A DNA stretch of 64,000 nucleotides, from NCBI GenBank assembly GCA_964188305.1, contig OZ076890.1; one strand, given 5' to 3'. Made by a program: the position numbers and the translations under genes. The DNA is from Podarcis bocagei. Its lineage: Eukaryota. How positions within the stretch are numbered: position 1 is the first letter of the stretch; the number at the start of each line of letters is the position of its first letter. A model generated the notes under the pieces. That model did no database searches and was not told the DNA's origin. It saw only the letters and a program-made list of their open reading frames with translations. This document shows positions 47,781-61,477 of this stretch, one piece after another.

Positions 47781-50700
47781 ATATTGTCATAGGGGAGCCA
47801 GAAAAGTTGGTAGATATTATGAAAGTTCTATTCTTAAGGCTTCATGACACACAAAATCCGTAGATATTACAACTGGTGTGCAGTCTATCCAGTATGTCAT
47901 TATGGGAAACATATTCCCTTTATGTTCCAGTTTCCTGGACATACAATTGATGAAGCATAATAGTAAACAGAAAGCTTACCAAAAATAGCTTTATTAATAC
48001 CGTAAATAAGATATTTGAATTTGCCTCTTGGACTAAGAAACAAATGTCAAATGGAGGCCACTGGCAATTACCCTGACAAATGTCCAGGTTACATATAGAT
48101 GCTCTTTCAGAACCTTCACAGCTTTTGGTATTCATGTCATAGTGTCACTGCAGTTCCTTTGAATAAAACTGTGAATCTAAACTACCTTCTTTTCCTCTAC
48201 AGCACTTTCCCCCAACACCTATTACTGATGCATTCTAGCAAGGCAATTTTGGAACTTTATAATGATGTTGCTTGAATCCTAGTTGTCTATAAAACAAGAC
48301 CTCACTTTTCAAGGCTGGCAAACTGACATCTTCCCAAAAAGCACTTTAAGCAGTGACAAAGCACATTGCAAACCTAGAATGTTAAACGGACCACTGGTGA
48401 TATATCTTGAATGTCTGAACACACACTTAATTAGTGAAGCAATAGGGAGGTTCCATGTTATAAATAAACTGAATACAAGCCAAATTCCTGCAAGCGTTTT
48501 AAAAAGTTATGTCACATCATGTAGATTGTACAACTGAACAATGACCTTTTCATTAACGTGGTATGACTTTTGTCAACCCACAGCATACCATTTCTAAAGG
48601 AAGCACATTGCATGGATAAGAAAGATGTCAACCTCTTTATCAAGGCATCAAGCACAGAACTTTGGTGACACTAACAACAACAAAAAAGCTGCTTTTTTCG
48701 GGGGGGGGGGTGATCCTAAAAATTTCACAGCAAGTTTGAATCTATTTCAAAACAGAATATGACTGATTTGCATAATGTTTTTGGACTCTATGAAAGATGC
48801 TTATGAAATTCCATTTAATCATTTTCCTGTATTATTGTTTATAAAGCATCACTAGTGTATCAGTTATCAAGCATGATTTTTGGTAAGATTTCCTAAATCT
48901 GGAGAGACTGCTATGTGCAGATTATACTACCCATAGATTTGCTTTGCTTTGGATTTTTCTCTTCCCCAGGAGTAATGTGCACATTCATATAATTTTGTTG
49001 AAAGTGTGTTTCTGTGCATGACTGCATCAACTCGGACCTTTCCATTTTGCTTCTTTGTGACTGTGTGTAGTCTATAGGCAGTGCCATTCTTCTAGAAAAA
49101 GAGGTGGAAGAACTCACCATGAACACCTTCATTCTTAAAATGGCAATGGCGCCTACCAGAGAGGTGCCAAAACTGAATTCCAGCGAGTCCTGGCTGGGGG
49201 AAAAACCCCTATCTATAGGCTTATCCTTGCTTTTGAAATCTTGCAATAGGAGTCTGCGTCTATGGTAAACAATCAGATGATGATAATGATGCCAATGATA
49301 TAATATCTGGGAGTATAACATTACCCTGTGAAATCTGCAGGGATGCATTTTTGATGCCATCATAGCTGAAGGCTATGGCTTGAACTCCCGTTACAATATG
49401 AATGGTTAATACAGATCCTGAAACTCCAGTTCATAGATCTGTGCTGTGGCTCTTGTTTCTACTACATAGGGTTTTTTAATATATTTTTTAAATTGCAACT
49501 GGAGATGCAAATCTGACTAGCATATCCTTAACTATATTTTGTTTGCTTCGTGGTATACATAGGAATCTGCATTTCCTCCCAAACCAGGCCCCCTGGTTTC
49601 ATTCATGCAAACGTGTGTTCATGCACACTACCATTTTAACATAGTATCCCAAATTGCATTATTCATTTATGGAATGCCTAATACCCAACTAGACTAAGTG
49701 GTTTACAAGTATAAAAACCAATGACCCAAACATTCAAATGCATCCAGGCATAATTGAAATATGCAATAAAGCAATCCCATTCAAACAAGAGATTCAGGTC
49801 AAGATATCAAGGGAATGTATGTATAAACGGGTCTTCAAAACTGGCTGGATACCAAGAGGAAGGGGTCTCTTGTATTTCAAATTGCAATGGTAATCTTTTT
49901 CTGGATTTACTTTCCACTGTGAAGGTTGGTCTATAAAGGTAAGTGAGGCACTACCCAACCAAAACTAAGTTTGTTCTTGCAGCACTCAGGAAGGAGGAGA
50001 CAAAATGAGAGCCAGCTGGGTCTACCTGTCATTGTCTCTGGCTACACCTATTATTTGGGCTCACTGCAATCCACCACATCAATTTCAGTGGGCACCAGCC
50101 GCCACTGATAGGTTATCTCCTTTCCAGGCAAAATATGGTGCTTTCCACCAAGCAATTGACTGGCCATAATCTTTTCCAAAGCCCCAACTGGCTATCATAG
50201 GGAGTCATAGGATGAAATCTTAATCTCACTTACTAAGAAGCAAGACCCATTAAACACAATAGGACTCACTTTAGAATTAACATTGATAGACTGGTACTAC
50301 ATTGTTGAGCCAAGACTTGGTTTTCAAGCCAAATTCAATTAATATTTTGAATTTTTGCTGTATAGCAGATTACAATTTATTCCCTTCATGCATTCTAGTC
50401 CTTATATCCAATGCATTAACAGTTTTTTTCCTCCTTATCCTCAAATGTCACATGCAATATATTTTCCCTATGGATCTTTAATAGTGTGTGTCTGATATAG
50501 ATTCAAATTATTTGCTTAGATTACATTAGGTAAATCCTGATAATTTTTTTTGGAAAGGCTGTTACTTTTTTTACTGCTCAATCATTCTTAAGTTCAGAAA
50601 ATCCTTGAGATGTTTTAGCTGATTACCATTATCTTCCAGCCTCTTTGCTGAGATGAGGTTGGCTTTCTTATTCATGGTATGAAAAAAAAAGCTTATCCTT

Positions 50701-50900
50701 TGGAGGACACTTAGAACTGTAGCAGCTTTTCACCTATTAATTTAAGAGGACTCTAGTGAGTTGTTTTACAATGTATAATTTAAAAGTGTAGGTAATGTAC
50801 CCCTTTAACCTTTCTTTTTCTTTTTCTTTTTATCGTTTCAGTTTTGATACCTGATGTGACACTGTTACTGCTCATCAGCTGTCAGTTATTTATAATTTTG

Positions 50901-51260
50901 GAGGGGAGGTTGTGGCCATCACCTACCCCTCCTCTTTAAGGGTATTCCATTAAAGGAATCCGGGGGTTGTGGTTCCCGTCTGATTGTAGCTACTAGTGCC
51001 ATGGCACAACCTTTCTGGTGACCCTGGGGGAGCTCCGAGTTTATGCACATCAACAGGGCTCCCCCTACATGTAGTTAACCCTTGTGAGACTTCCTGTAGG
51101 GTGGGCAGCAGTCAGATATTGTCGGTTCGGGTCCAATGCCTAAAGCCAATACCACTCACATTCTGTACCCAATAAAAGTTGTGGCCTTTTTTCACCCATT
51201 AACCTAAAATACTGGTGTCCACGTGTTTTATTCATCATTGTGCGGGGCCTTGGTGCGCAA
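50901..51260 (+). mobile_element. Unclassified element related to 46160-46806, flanked by a long direct duplication
   Basis: Same 3' motif series ending TGCGCAA; flanks 50769-50900 and 51258-51375 are direct repeats. Confidence 0.6.
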
Positions 51261-54200
51261 TGTATAATTTAAAAGTGTAGGTAATGCAACCCCTTTTTCT
51301 TTTTATCTTTTCAGTTTTGATTCCTGACATGTGACCCTGTTACTGTTCATCGGCTGTCAGTTATTTATCATTTTGTATCTTTCCCCCTATTTTTGTGGTG
51401 CTCTAAGGATGCATTTGTGGCTCAGCTCATTTGGCCATTAGAACATTCTGCTGGGATCAGCAGAATTGGTGGGATGGAGTTCAAAGACCCAAGGCACTCA
51501 TCAAATCCTTACCCCTAGAATCTCACACCACTCTGAGATTAGAGTGGCGTATGTAACAATATTATCACAAATCCAACCCGCGACCCTTTTCTTATGATGT
51601 ACTACATTGAAATCAGAAGTGCTTTCATCCTAAAACAGTCAAAAGAAAATTGCTTTTGTCCTTTTGTCTGATGATGATGGTAGCAATAGAAGCGTGCTCC
51701 CTTCAAAACAACAACAACAACATTTACAGCAAACATCTTTCTACTTGCATGAATGGGTGGATGATCATTCAGATTCACACCAAAAGGATGCACAATGAGA
51801 ACCAGCTGCTGTGAAGTATCGTGTAAGAGTTAACTACAATATAACCACACACAATAGGAATCAGGTCTGCATGATTCTATGCAGATTACAGTGTAAAATG
51901 CCATTGATGAAACAAACAAAGGAGATTAGAGCATGGGAAATTTAAGATAAGAAAATTGCAAGCACTTGCAAACGGAGGTGGTGAAACGTAGCTCTCAGTC
52001 AAGGAAAAGTGAAAGCAAACCATGAAATGGAAATTGGTGATTATTTTTGAGCATGACAGGAAATGAAATCAAATTTCTGCACTCCCTTTTGAATGGCATT
52101 GTGAGAATTCAAAGCTGTACACCCAATGCGCTCAGTGCAAAACGTGCTTTCTCGAAAGAACAGAACATTAGAAAAGTAAGCTTTAAAATATAATGGGTAA
52201 GTAGATTAAGGAAATGTGGAATGTAGGTGGAAACAGAAAGGCAACTAAAGGGCAAAGAAGTGTGGTTTGCCTTTTTCCTCTTTTGCTAAGCCTTTGATCG
52301 CTTTTTGTTTGTTTGTTTCATACATCAAACACTTCTATCAAGTGTCACCCAAACCCTCTTCAGACATTATGAAAATGGTGGTGTAAATTTGAGACGTCAG
52401 CAGGGATAAGAGCACTAAATCCACTTTCTCAGTCAGAGTTTTATTGCATTCCAGCTCATGGAAGGCAATAACTGGTATAAATTATTAAATTTCTTTTTTA
52501 AAAAAGGGGGGGGCATTCAGAGATAGTAAGCCATAACTTGATTGTGCAGAATCCTCCATTATGAAGCCTTAAACAATTTGCAGTGCCAGGGTTTATCTGA
52601 CAACAAAGAGATGCTAAAAAGGAGAGGGACTTGCTAATTTGGCACCCACACCTCCTTGTGCTTGGTTAAGGGTGGAATGTATTCTAATTGGAAGACCTTC
52701 CTTTAGGTAGGCTTGATACTCAGACCTACCTTGTTAAATGTAAGAAATCTTCCCATCGCAATGGAGGGTGAAATCCATCATTGTGTTTGTCAACTTCCAC
52801 TCATTCAACTGGATTTCATCTTTCTTTCCTCCCTCAGTTCCAAGGCACCACTGGATAAAACCCTAACTTTAGGAATTATCATGAATGCTTAAAAACAAAT
52901 TCAGAATAGGACTAGGTGCCACAGTAGGACTAGGGAGACTCGGGATAAAATCATCACTCACCACTTAAGGCAAGCACCTATATGTTTCATAAGGTTGTTA
53001 TGGTTCAGATTCTAGCTAGGCTTCTGCAAAGGGGTCTTTCTTTTCATAGTTGAAAGGAAGATCCCACAAGATGAGCAAAGGTCATCTTACATTAATTAAT
53101 TATATATTCCATCAAGTCTTCCTATTAATTAGGCTAATGGACTAATCAGTCGGATAGTTTTCATTATACTAGCATGGACAGTGGATTTGCCTTTTGACTA
53201 CTGGCAAAGTTACCTTGTCCGATATACCATAGAAATCTGTAGAAAATCAACTTTAGAAACAACATCAATCCATCTGCTTCCACACAGCTTCAAGTAAGCT
53301 TTCTTACCTTGACCTGAAAATGTAACCTTAATCCTTTTGTCAGCCCCGGGATTCATCATATAGTACTGGCTCAAACTTACTGGAATATTACTTTAGAGTT
53401 TGTAGAAAACACAGTAGTAGATCCTCAGCTTATTATATCTGGGGTTGCTGGTGTTTGTTTTTTTTTGGAGGTGGGAGGTAGGCTCTTAAACTTTAGAGAT
53501 ATATCCTATCTATCCATTTGTCATTCTGGTCTCTGCTTTAAGGTCAGAATAAAAATTAAAGTTGATTTGCTCACCTGTTACCTCTATAAACCATTCAGCA
53601 CTCCTCTTCTTTGAAAAAATTCCCTGGCTTTTGAGCAGTCCCAAGAAAGCTATAAAAAAAATAAGCTATTCCGTTTGTGTTCTGCCTCTGTGATAGCGAC
53701 TGTTTCATCTTAATGGCTCTCTCTACCATTATCTTTCTCTGTGTGCTCTATTGACCCACTGAAAATGCAACACAATTATGAAGCTTCAAAGCTATTTTAT
53801 TCTCATGGGATTTGTAAGCCCAAAGAAAGTGTCACCAGACAAGCAATACGAAAGATTGGTGGCATATGGGCACATCTGCTGTTGTTGCTTTTAATCCTCC
53901 ATTTTGCAATAACCAATAGTTCATGCCATGCTAAACACAATCTCTTAAAGAGCAAGATAATAGCAGGCTTGCGCTGAAATTGCTGAAGTGAGTTTTCACT
54001 TGCAAATGGCTTTTATATATACCAAGCCCGCATAAGAGGAATAATTTGGTGTCATGGACAGGAATTACCAGGAACAAAAGATTCATAACTGCAGTCAATG
54101 ACATACAGATTAAATACAGAATTCCATAATCATTAATTATAATCAGTTCCTTACGGAGGGTGTAATTTCATTTAATTACACAAAAAGCTAAGATAAATCA

Positions 54201-54564
54201 ACGTAATACCTGCCTACGGCAATTGAATTCTCATCCCTCTGTGGCATCTGAGATAGAACTCAATAGACATGTTTGAACCAGAGATCCACAGAGCATTACT
54301 ATCTGCCATAAAGTACTCTTTCTTTCCCTCCACTTTTTTGACATTGATGTTTTCTGCTGCCATGCTAATCTTTCAGATGTCTACTTTGCAGCGCATGACT
54401 AAGAAGTTGGTTCTCAAGATGAGCAGCTTCCAATATCCTTTGCACAGAGACCACAGATCTATTTTCACAGGGATACAGTATGATTTTTTAAAATGATTAT
54501 TATATGGTATTTGGTTTCACCTGAGATGAAGAGTGCTCTTGTGGAAAGGGGAGAGTGCACTTGG

Positions 54565-54660
54565 TTGGAAGCCTGCTTGCGGGCTTCCCATAGGCATCTG
54601 ATTGGCAGCTGTCAGAACAGGATGCTGGACTAGATGGGCCATTGATCTGATCTAACAGCA
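54565..54660 (+). mobile_element. CR1-type 3' fragment
   Basis: GGCATCTGATTGGC.GCTGT.AGAACAGGATGCTGGACTAGATGGGCCATTG.TCTGATC. Confidence 0.7.
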
Positions 54661-55856
54661 AGGGTGCCAACTCTATGGGGTCGAGGTATATTTGCCCTCC
54701 CTCCCCCCCAAATATCTCTTGGGAGGGGGCCAGCCCCCCCTCAATATTGAGGGAGCAGAGGTGGTGAAGTCAAGCACAGTGTGGCTTCAGTTGCCGTCTC
54801 CTCCAGAGCATGAAAGAGAAGCCACCAGTTATTGAAGCTGTGCCACTCTCCACACTTGGCCTTCTCCTGACATCAGATGCACAACACACACGGTGGCTCC
54901 CCTTAGTCTTGGGTACAGGTTGGTGTTTCTGTGCAGAGGTTCGTCATATGTTCTTCTGAACCACAGAAATATGGGCAGAAACCAACATGGCAGTTGAAAC
55001 CTAACAAAGTCTAGAGAGTAAGAAAATGAGCTTTGCACCTGAGAAATTCCTGGTTCCAATTTTATGTCAGACATTTGGTTTGTTCCCTTAAGCATGTCCC
55101 TTTTCTACATAATATAGAATTAGTAATTCTTACCTTCTGTACAGGATTGTTCTAATAACTTCTGATAATTGGAACTGTGCTTAAATACCTCCACAGACAT
55201 TTGATACGTTGTACAGCAGCACTGAGTAGATTGGCCAGTGCTGCAGAACAGATATCACCAGCAAACCTTCTTAAAAATTTCCAGGAAAGTTTCTGAGTGA
55301 CTAATCTCCAATAAAATGAGTCACTTTGCACACATTCATTTAATTGAAGAGATGGATGACTCTACGTATGTGACTGTAATCAATAAATCATGCCTTCCAA
55401 GAACACCTCACATTTAATACCCTATTAACAGCTTGACATAGGACTGTTACCACCATTGCACATCTGCAATGAATATAGGAGAGTTGGAATCATACTTCTG
55501 GGCATCCTCTCTATACTCCTAACTTCTGTGCATTGTTCTGAATGACCAGAGAGGCTTACATGGATAAACAAGAATTGTCTATAAGTGTGGCACTCCATTT
55601 ACTCCTTGAAGTTCCTGCCTACAAGCACAGACCACTGTGCACACATTTGAACAATGTGTGGAGACTGAATGTATAGAACAGACTAAGTCTTGATCACACA
55701 CACAAACATCAAATATAGACAATCAAACAATTATTGATTACGCGGTCACAGACCTGCTGAACCTGCATATATATAGTGAATAAGAAAGGTGCTTGTCAAA
55801 AATATGTGATGAGCATTTCATCTTATTTTGTCTTATTAAAGATGGATCAAAAGCTA

Positions 55857-56025
55857 CCGTATTTTGTCATCTCTAAGACGCCCCCCATGTATAAGACACC
55901 CCCTATTTTTGGAGACCCCGATTTAAGAAAATGGGGGGAGATACTATCCGTGTATAAGATGAGCCCAGATTTTGAACATTATTTCAGAGTTAAAAAAAAA
56001 AAGTCTTATACACGGAAAAGTACGA
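55857..56025. mobile_element. Tc1/mariner (Tc2/pogo-like) MITE
   Basis: TA-CCGTATTTT...TAAGAC / GTCTTATACACGGAAAAGTACGA-TA; internal TATAAGAC repeats. Confidence 0.75.
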
Positions 56026-58937
56026 TAATTCTGGTGAATGCACCACTAGCACAAGGGCTGTGCTCTTTATCTCAACAGAATCCATTCAGTCAAACCTTAT
56101 TCTTTGACACTGAGCACTTCAGACTGCAGAAGGCTATAAAGAGCAGGCTATAAAGAGCAGAGTGGATGCCCATTGCCTGTGATGAAAACAAACAAGGGTT
56201 TATCCCCCATACTACTAGAAACTATGGCTTTGTGCTAATGAACATAGGCTTTTCAACTCATTGGAACAATATATATTGAAAAAAGTTCTTTGTTCCAGCT
56301 GTAATTTGTAAGTGAAGAAAATGTTGATTAGGGAGCTAAACCGGATTGAATCAGGGATATGATGCTATAATGAAAAAGGCTGCTAAGGACATGGCCTTGA
56401 CTGATTTATATAGGATAGATACAGTATAATGTAGTTGGGTTTAAAAAATTAAAAATTGCTTGATGCTATCTCCATGTAGCTTTAAAGTCCATGGGTTAAA
56501 ATCTTTGGAAATGGGCATGCATTCAGTCCAGGATCAGAGATGCTTGAGGAAATAGAATCTTTGTGAACGTTGATATGAATGGACCTGATCCACATCATCT
56601 GGACTAATGCAGGGAGCAGAAGTTACTCCTCTGGCTTTTCTACTTCCTGAATATTCCAGTATTGTTATTTTTTTAAAAAAGAAAATGCAGAAATGTGACA
56701 GAATGCATTTGTGAATGAACGAAGGCAAGGGAGACACAGATTGGTAATAGATTGGGCCATACACAGAATAAGCAAACAGCACTGAGAAATACAAATGCAT
56801 ACCTGCCCTTATTGCTCAGGCTCAGAGTCTCTGCAATAGTCCAGCATACATCATTTTCAACTGATTGAAATGCTCTTCCTTGCTGTGTGGGTAGGTCTCC
56901 GTTTTCTTTGTTACAAAAGACTGCTGTGAAGTTGTCTGCTTTCCTATATAATTAGGATGATACAACACTTGCAACACTGAATCGGAAATCTGGGTGTGGG
57001 TGAAAAGGGGAATATGCTGTTTGCATTTTTAAAAAACCCCACACCCACACAAAAGCTAAGGTAAGCCCTGTTCCGTGCCTAATAAGCATGGCACGTCTTT
57101 GCCCGGTGGTGCTGTGGCCCATAGACTGCAGCAAAATACTGGGCAAGTTTTTGTCCGGTATCTTCTCTGTGTGATGGGCTCATAGGAAAAAGCTGTCCCA
57201 TGAGCCCTTGCTGAAGAGAGGAGAAGAAAGCTTATATAAGGCTGCTTTCCCTGGATCTCACAGCCATTTTGCTTTGAGAGCTTCCTATCCACCTATCTTG
57301 GGGTTAGAGCCTGGCCAACTGACTGGCTCCCATCGTACAGGCTTGGAGCGATCCAAACCTAATGGATCCATTCTATCAACTTGGGGCTTGTGGAATGATG
57401 AACTGATCCTGGGACCCAATGCCATGCCAACCCTTGCCCTGCCTGCTGCTGCTGTCAATACAGATTTGGCCTGATTTCATCCCATCACCATGGCACAGTC
57501 TGGTTATTTTGCTGCTCTCATGGGTCGCATAATGTACCTGCCTGGGCAAACAGTATTAAAGCAGGGCTACATATAAACTGATATTAGTATACAATGCTTA
57601 ATCCAAAGTGATTTCTTTGTGTCAAGAATATGTATGCTTTGAACACAAAAGAGTTTTCCTTATTTCCAATATTATTTTTCTTTTACAAATAGGAATTCAT
57701 GGTGTGTCAAGAAAGTACTGTTCGGTTTAGATACAATTATGCAGCATATGGCTTTTCTCCTCAAGGTTATCCTGCTATTTTAGAACAGTTTGAGGTTCTT
57801 AAGCTTTTGTGGCAATGACTTAAATAACATAATTTCCTTCACCTGTCTTCTTGCCTGGCCAAAATGATCAATTTGAAAATTGTCCTCTTCCTCTCCATAT
57901 CATTTACATATATCAAGTCTTCAGAATATTAAACCTAAACTCCTTTTAACTGTCTTTCAACAGAGTCTTCTCTTCTTTTCAATATATTTTAAGTTGAATA
58001 TATGAAAATTGAATAATCATAACTAGAACAGGGTTGTTTTCACATTTATTTTTCTAAGTATTAAAAATGGCCTCTCATTTTCAAAGTTGCCTCTGCCACT
58101 GTCCAACTAGTAGTGAACATATTGTTATTGTCTCAACACTGTGCTTTCTGTTGCCATATTCCACCTTTATGCCAGTCTGGCCCAATACATTTTGCTGTCT
58201 GAGGCAGACAAGAAAACAGTGTCCCCCCCTGTTATGTCTCACTCCTAAAAAACCCAAAAAAACCCTCAAAACATTTGCCTAGCTGGGTGGTGAAGAGACC
58301 TTTCATAGCTCTTTGCATCAGCCTGGGAAGTTTGGACAAGCAGAGATGCTGAGCACCACCCACAAATGTGACTGCAACTCCCCTCCAAGTTCCTCTGGTG
58401 TCAGAACAAAGGGAGAAGAATTGACGCCCAAATAAATAAATAAGAAGGGTGGGAGGCTGGACAGTTCTGATAAAAAATGCTCCACCCCAACGCAAAACTG
58501 TCGCCTCTGCCAGCCACCCCCTCCCAAGGGTGCAGCCCTGAGAGCCCAAGGCAGGCCCAGCTTGGCTGGATGGGGCTGCCATTGGTTTCCAGATGACCCT
58601 GGACCAGTCCTTACTTGCTGCTAATAGCACAGACCCCAGCATGCCTTCTCAGAAGGAAGCCTATTTAAATTCATCAGGGTTTACTCCCAGATAAAATCCT
58701 CTACAGGATTGTACCCTAAAGACTTTCTAGGGATTCGTTTAGAACAGGCCTCTAGTTGTTTGGCCCTGAACATCAACATCCTTACATGGAAGCCAGCTGA
58801 ATTCGAAGCTTATTAGGAAGTTTCTTCATCTTCTTTCCCCCCGCACCCTTTAATGTGGAAGAACATCCCTGTTGGATTGTGTTGACTTCCTTTCTGGCGA
58901 AAATCAAGAGATGGCATAACAACTTGGTTCTGCCTCC

Positions 58938-58995
58938 TCACAGAATTGTAGACTTGGAAGGTAACCCAAGGGTCCAACCCCCTGCTGTGCAAGAA
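58938..58995 (-). mobile_element. CR1 3' fragment
   Basis: CACAGAATTGTAGACTTGGAAGGTAACCCAAGGGTCCAACCCCCTG. Confidence 0.6.
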
Positions 58996-59025
58996 CCACA
59001 GCTTTGATTTGTAGTCTTACTGCAA

Positions 59026-59091
<66 letters not shown>

Positions 59092-59306
59092 TTATTTATA
59101 CCCCGCTCATCTGGCTGGGCTTCCCCAGCCACTCTGGGAGGCTTCCAAAAGAATATTAAAATACTATAATACATCAAACATTAAAAGCTTCCTGAAACAG
59201 GGCTGCCTTCAGATGTCTTCTAAAAGCCTGGTAGTTGTTGTTCTCTTTGACATCTGATGGGAGGGTGTTCCACAGGGAAGGCGCCACTACCGAGAAGGCC
59301 CTCTGC
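59026..59306 (-). mobile_element. L2 LINE 3' end with (AAT)n tail (59026-59090)
   Basis: Reverse complement of roughly 44272-44490. Confidence 0.9.
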
Positions 59307-60386
59307 AATTTATGGCTACAATCCAGTGCACCCATCCTTATTATTACAATCATTTTATTATCCTGAAGTGTAGCAGTGTTGTACTATAGCAGAAAACAAC
59401 AATGAAAGCGTCCTATGATACATTAAGGACTTCACAAATTTAGTATGAATTTACTATAAATACTATACTGTGATATTTATTGATAAAATTTCAAAACACT
59501 AAAGGAAAGGAATCAATTTATGCATTTAAAGCTTGCTCCATCTTCCATGTTGAAAGTATGTGCCGAATACGTCCGAGAGATGTTTGAGGCCCAGTCAGGA
59601 AAGAGAGGAGCACTCATGCATGAATCAAGATTGAGATCTTTCTCTTGCTAATTACTGGAGGTCAGGCATTTGCAATGGCTAAATATGACACCAAATCATT
59701 AATATAAAACTTTAAAAGATTGTGAGCCAGAATGCAACCTTGTTTCACTTCTCTCTGTGCTTTAAAAGCATTTACGGTACCTGGTAGCATACGGGAACAC
59801 AAAAATATACTGGATATCCTGAAACATTTCAGCCCAGTTTAGGAATAAATGTTTGTGCCTGTTTTAAGTAAAATAAATGGGCAGTAAAGTCAGAACCATG
59901 GGTGCCTTACAGAAGCACCAGTGTCAGAAATAATTACCATTCTCATATACCTTCTTGATGATCCATTTGTTCATGGATAGATTAAATGCAGAATACAAAG
60001 ACATAGATAATAGACTTTGCCAACAATGACCTGGCAAACCTGACTGTGCATGAATAGGATGTCACATTAATGTATGAAAAATGTACCTGTCAAAAGTTGT
60101 TTTACATGAATTTGACACCAACCTTTTCTAAAAGCATTTTGATTGATAAGGCAGCCTTGAAATACAATAAAAAGAAATGTAGTGTTCGATATCTTAGAAC
60201 CTTTTGTTACTTGCCTCTTGGATCCCTTGTAACTTTTACTTAATTTTAACTTTCTTTGCAGATTAAAATTGAGAGGAGTCCTCTGCTTGTCTTCCCTGAC
60301 TCTCCTATGTGGACAATAACATAACTGGACCACCAGGGGGCAGAGGTACCTGGAAAACCTGAAATGAAACAAGTTCTGTAGGATAA

Positions 60387-60388
<2 letters not shown>

Positions 60389-60438
<50 letters not shown>
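60389..60438. repeat. (AT)n microsatellite at the L1 tail
   Basis: Direct inspection. Confidence 0.95.
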
Positions 60439-60441
<3 letters not shown>

Positions 60442-60838
60442 TATGAATGATTTTTATTGGTTTTTACACATGGTTTAGAACACAACATCCAACTTTCATA
60501 TAACATAATCAACTCCTGGCTATCACAGCCTGAGACTTCCCTCTTCCTCGACTAGTGGTTTTCTAACTTACTCTCTATTATTGCACTTGTTATTTTAATT
60601 ATTACTGTTATATCCCTATCATAGATAAACAAATTAAAAGTTATTCTTTGCAATAATTTATACTGTTAACCTACAAAACTTCCTGCAACCCTACTAGCCA
60701 AGTCACTTGTTTACAATTATCTTTCAAATATCTTTCCGAAAACTCTGATCTTGCTGGTTCCGAATTTTCCCTGTTAGTTTCGCCAGCTCAGCATAATCCA
60801 TCAATTTCATCTGCCAGTCTTCTTTCACTGGTAATTCT
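60393..60838 (-). mobile_element. L1-clade LINE 3' end with 16-bp TSD
   Basis: Minus strand translates QELPVKEDWQMKLMDYAELAKLTGKIRNQQDQSF (resembles a reptile L1 ORF2 C-terminus), then a 3' UTR with AATAAA. TSD TGTAGGATAAGAATAT at 60377-60392 and 60839-60854. Confidence 0.85.
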
Positions 60839-61347
60839 TGTAGGATAAGAATATTACCCATACTCACTATTGGGCATTATAAGAGAAAAGGTGTTGTTGC
60901 TGTTATAAAAAAAAAATATTTGATTCTCTCAATCTCAGTGAGAAGGCCTGAAAAGCAATATAGATTCTAGGGTGTCTTTGTTCTAAACTCCATGCTAGTC
61001 TTTGTTATACTTGACCAGAGAACCCAAGAAAACCAGGATATAACCATCAGAAGTAAAGCTCGAGTCCTATATCCACTTACCTGGGAGTAAGTCCCATTGA
61101 ATTTAAGGGATTCAATAGTCATATAAAGGACTGTGTTATTTTCATGTATTCGTGAAGCAAACTCTCTTCAGCTTGTTCTCTGAATATGCTTTAAAACTTT
61201 TCTTTTTCTTGCCTTTTACAGCTCTTGCAGCTTTACAAAAGCTCTGCATCTCAGGCATATAATGGGTTCCAATTGTGATTTCACCTGAGTGTCAGCAACA
61301 GTTGCTACACATGAAGTAGCACTCTCCTTGACAACAAATGGAGAACA

Positions 61348-61477
61348 ATAGAATCATAGACTTATAGGGCATCATCTAGCCCAAAACCCTGCAGTGCAGA
61401 AATCTTTTGCCCAACCTGAAGCTAGAACCCACAACCTTGAGATTAAGAGTCTCATCCTCTACCAACTGAGCCATCCC
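61348..61477 (-). mobile_element. tRNA-Lys(CTT)-derived head plus CR1-tail SINE
   Basis: Minus strand GCTCAGTTGGTAGAGGATGAGACTCTTAATCTCAAGGTTGTGGGTTCTAGC closely follows vertebrate tRNA-Lys-CTT, then CTAGATGA...TCTATGATTCTA. Confidence 0.8.

Noticed and set aside
52053-52175. 41-codon ATG ORF ending at AAA|GTAAGC
   Set aside because: Unrecognised peptide, and such configurations arise by chance in 64 kb; needs RNA data.
56520-56610. Box C/D snoRNA-like arrangement on the minus strand (AGTCCAG-ATGATGT...CTGA-TC-CTGGACT)
   Set aside because: Box C is imperfect, the stem spacing is wrong for a K-turn, I recognise no rRNA guide, and the hairpin appears to lie within an old inverted-repeat-bounded element.
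60339-60353. 15-bp exact match (GGCAGAGGTACCTGG) to the copia LTR
   Set aside because: No flanking similarity; compatible with chance.
61405-61477. tRNA-Lys gene
   Set aside because: The acceptor and T stems are broken and the sequence is fused to a CR1 tail, so it is a SINE head.
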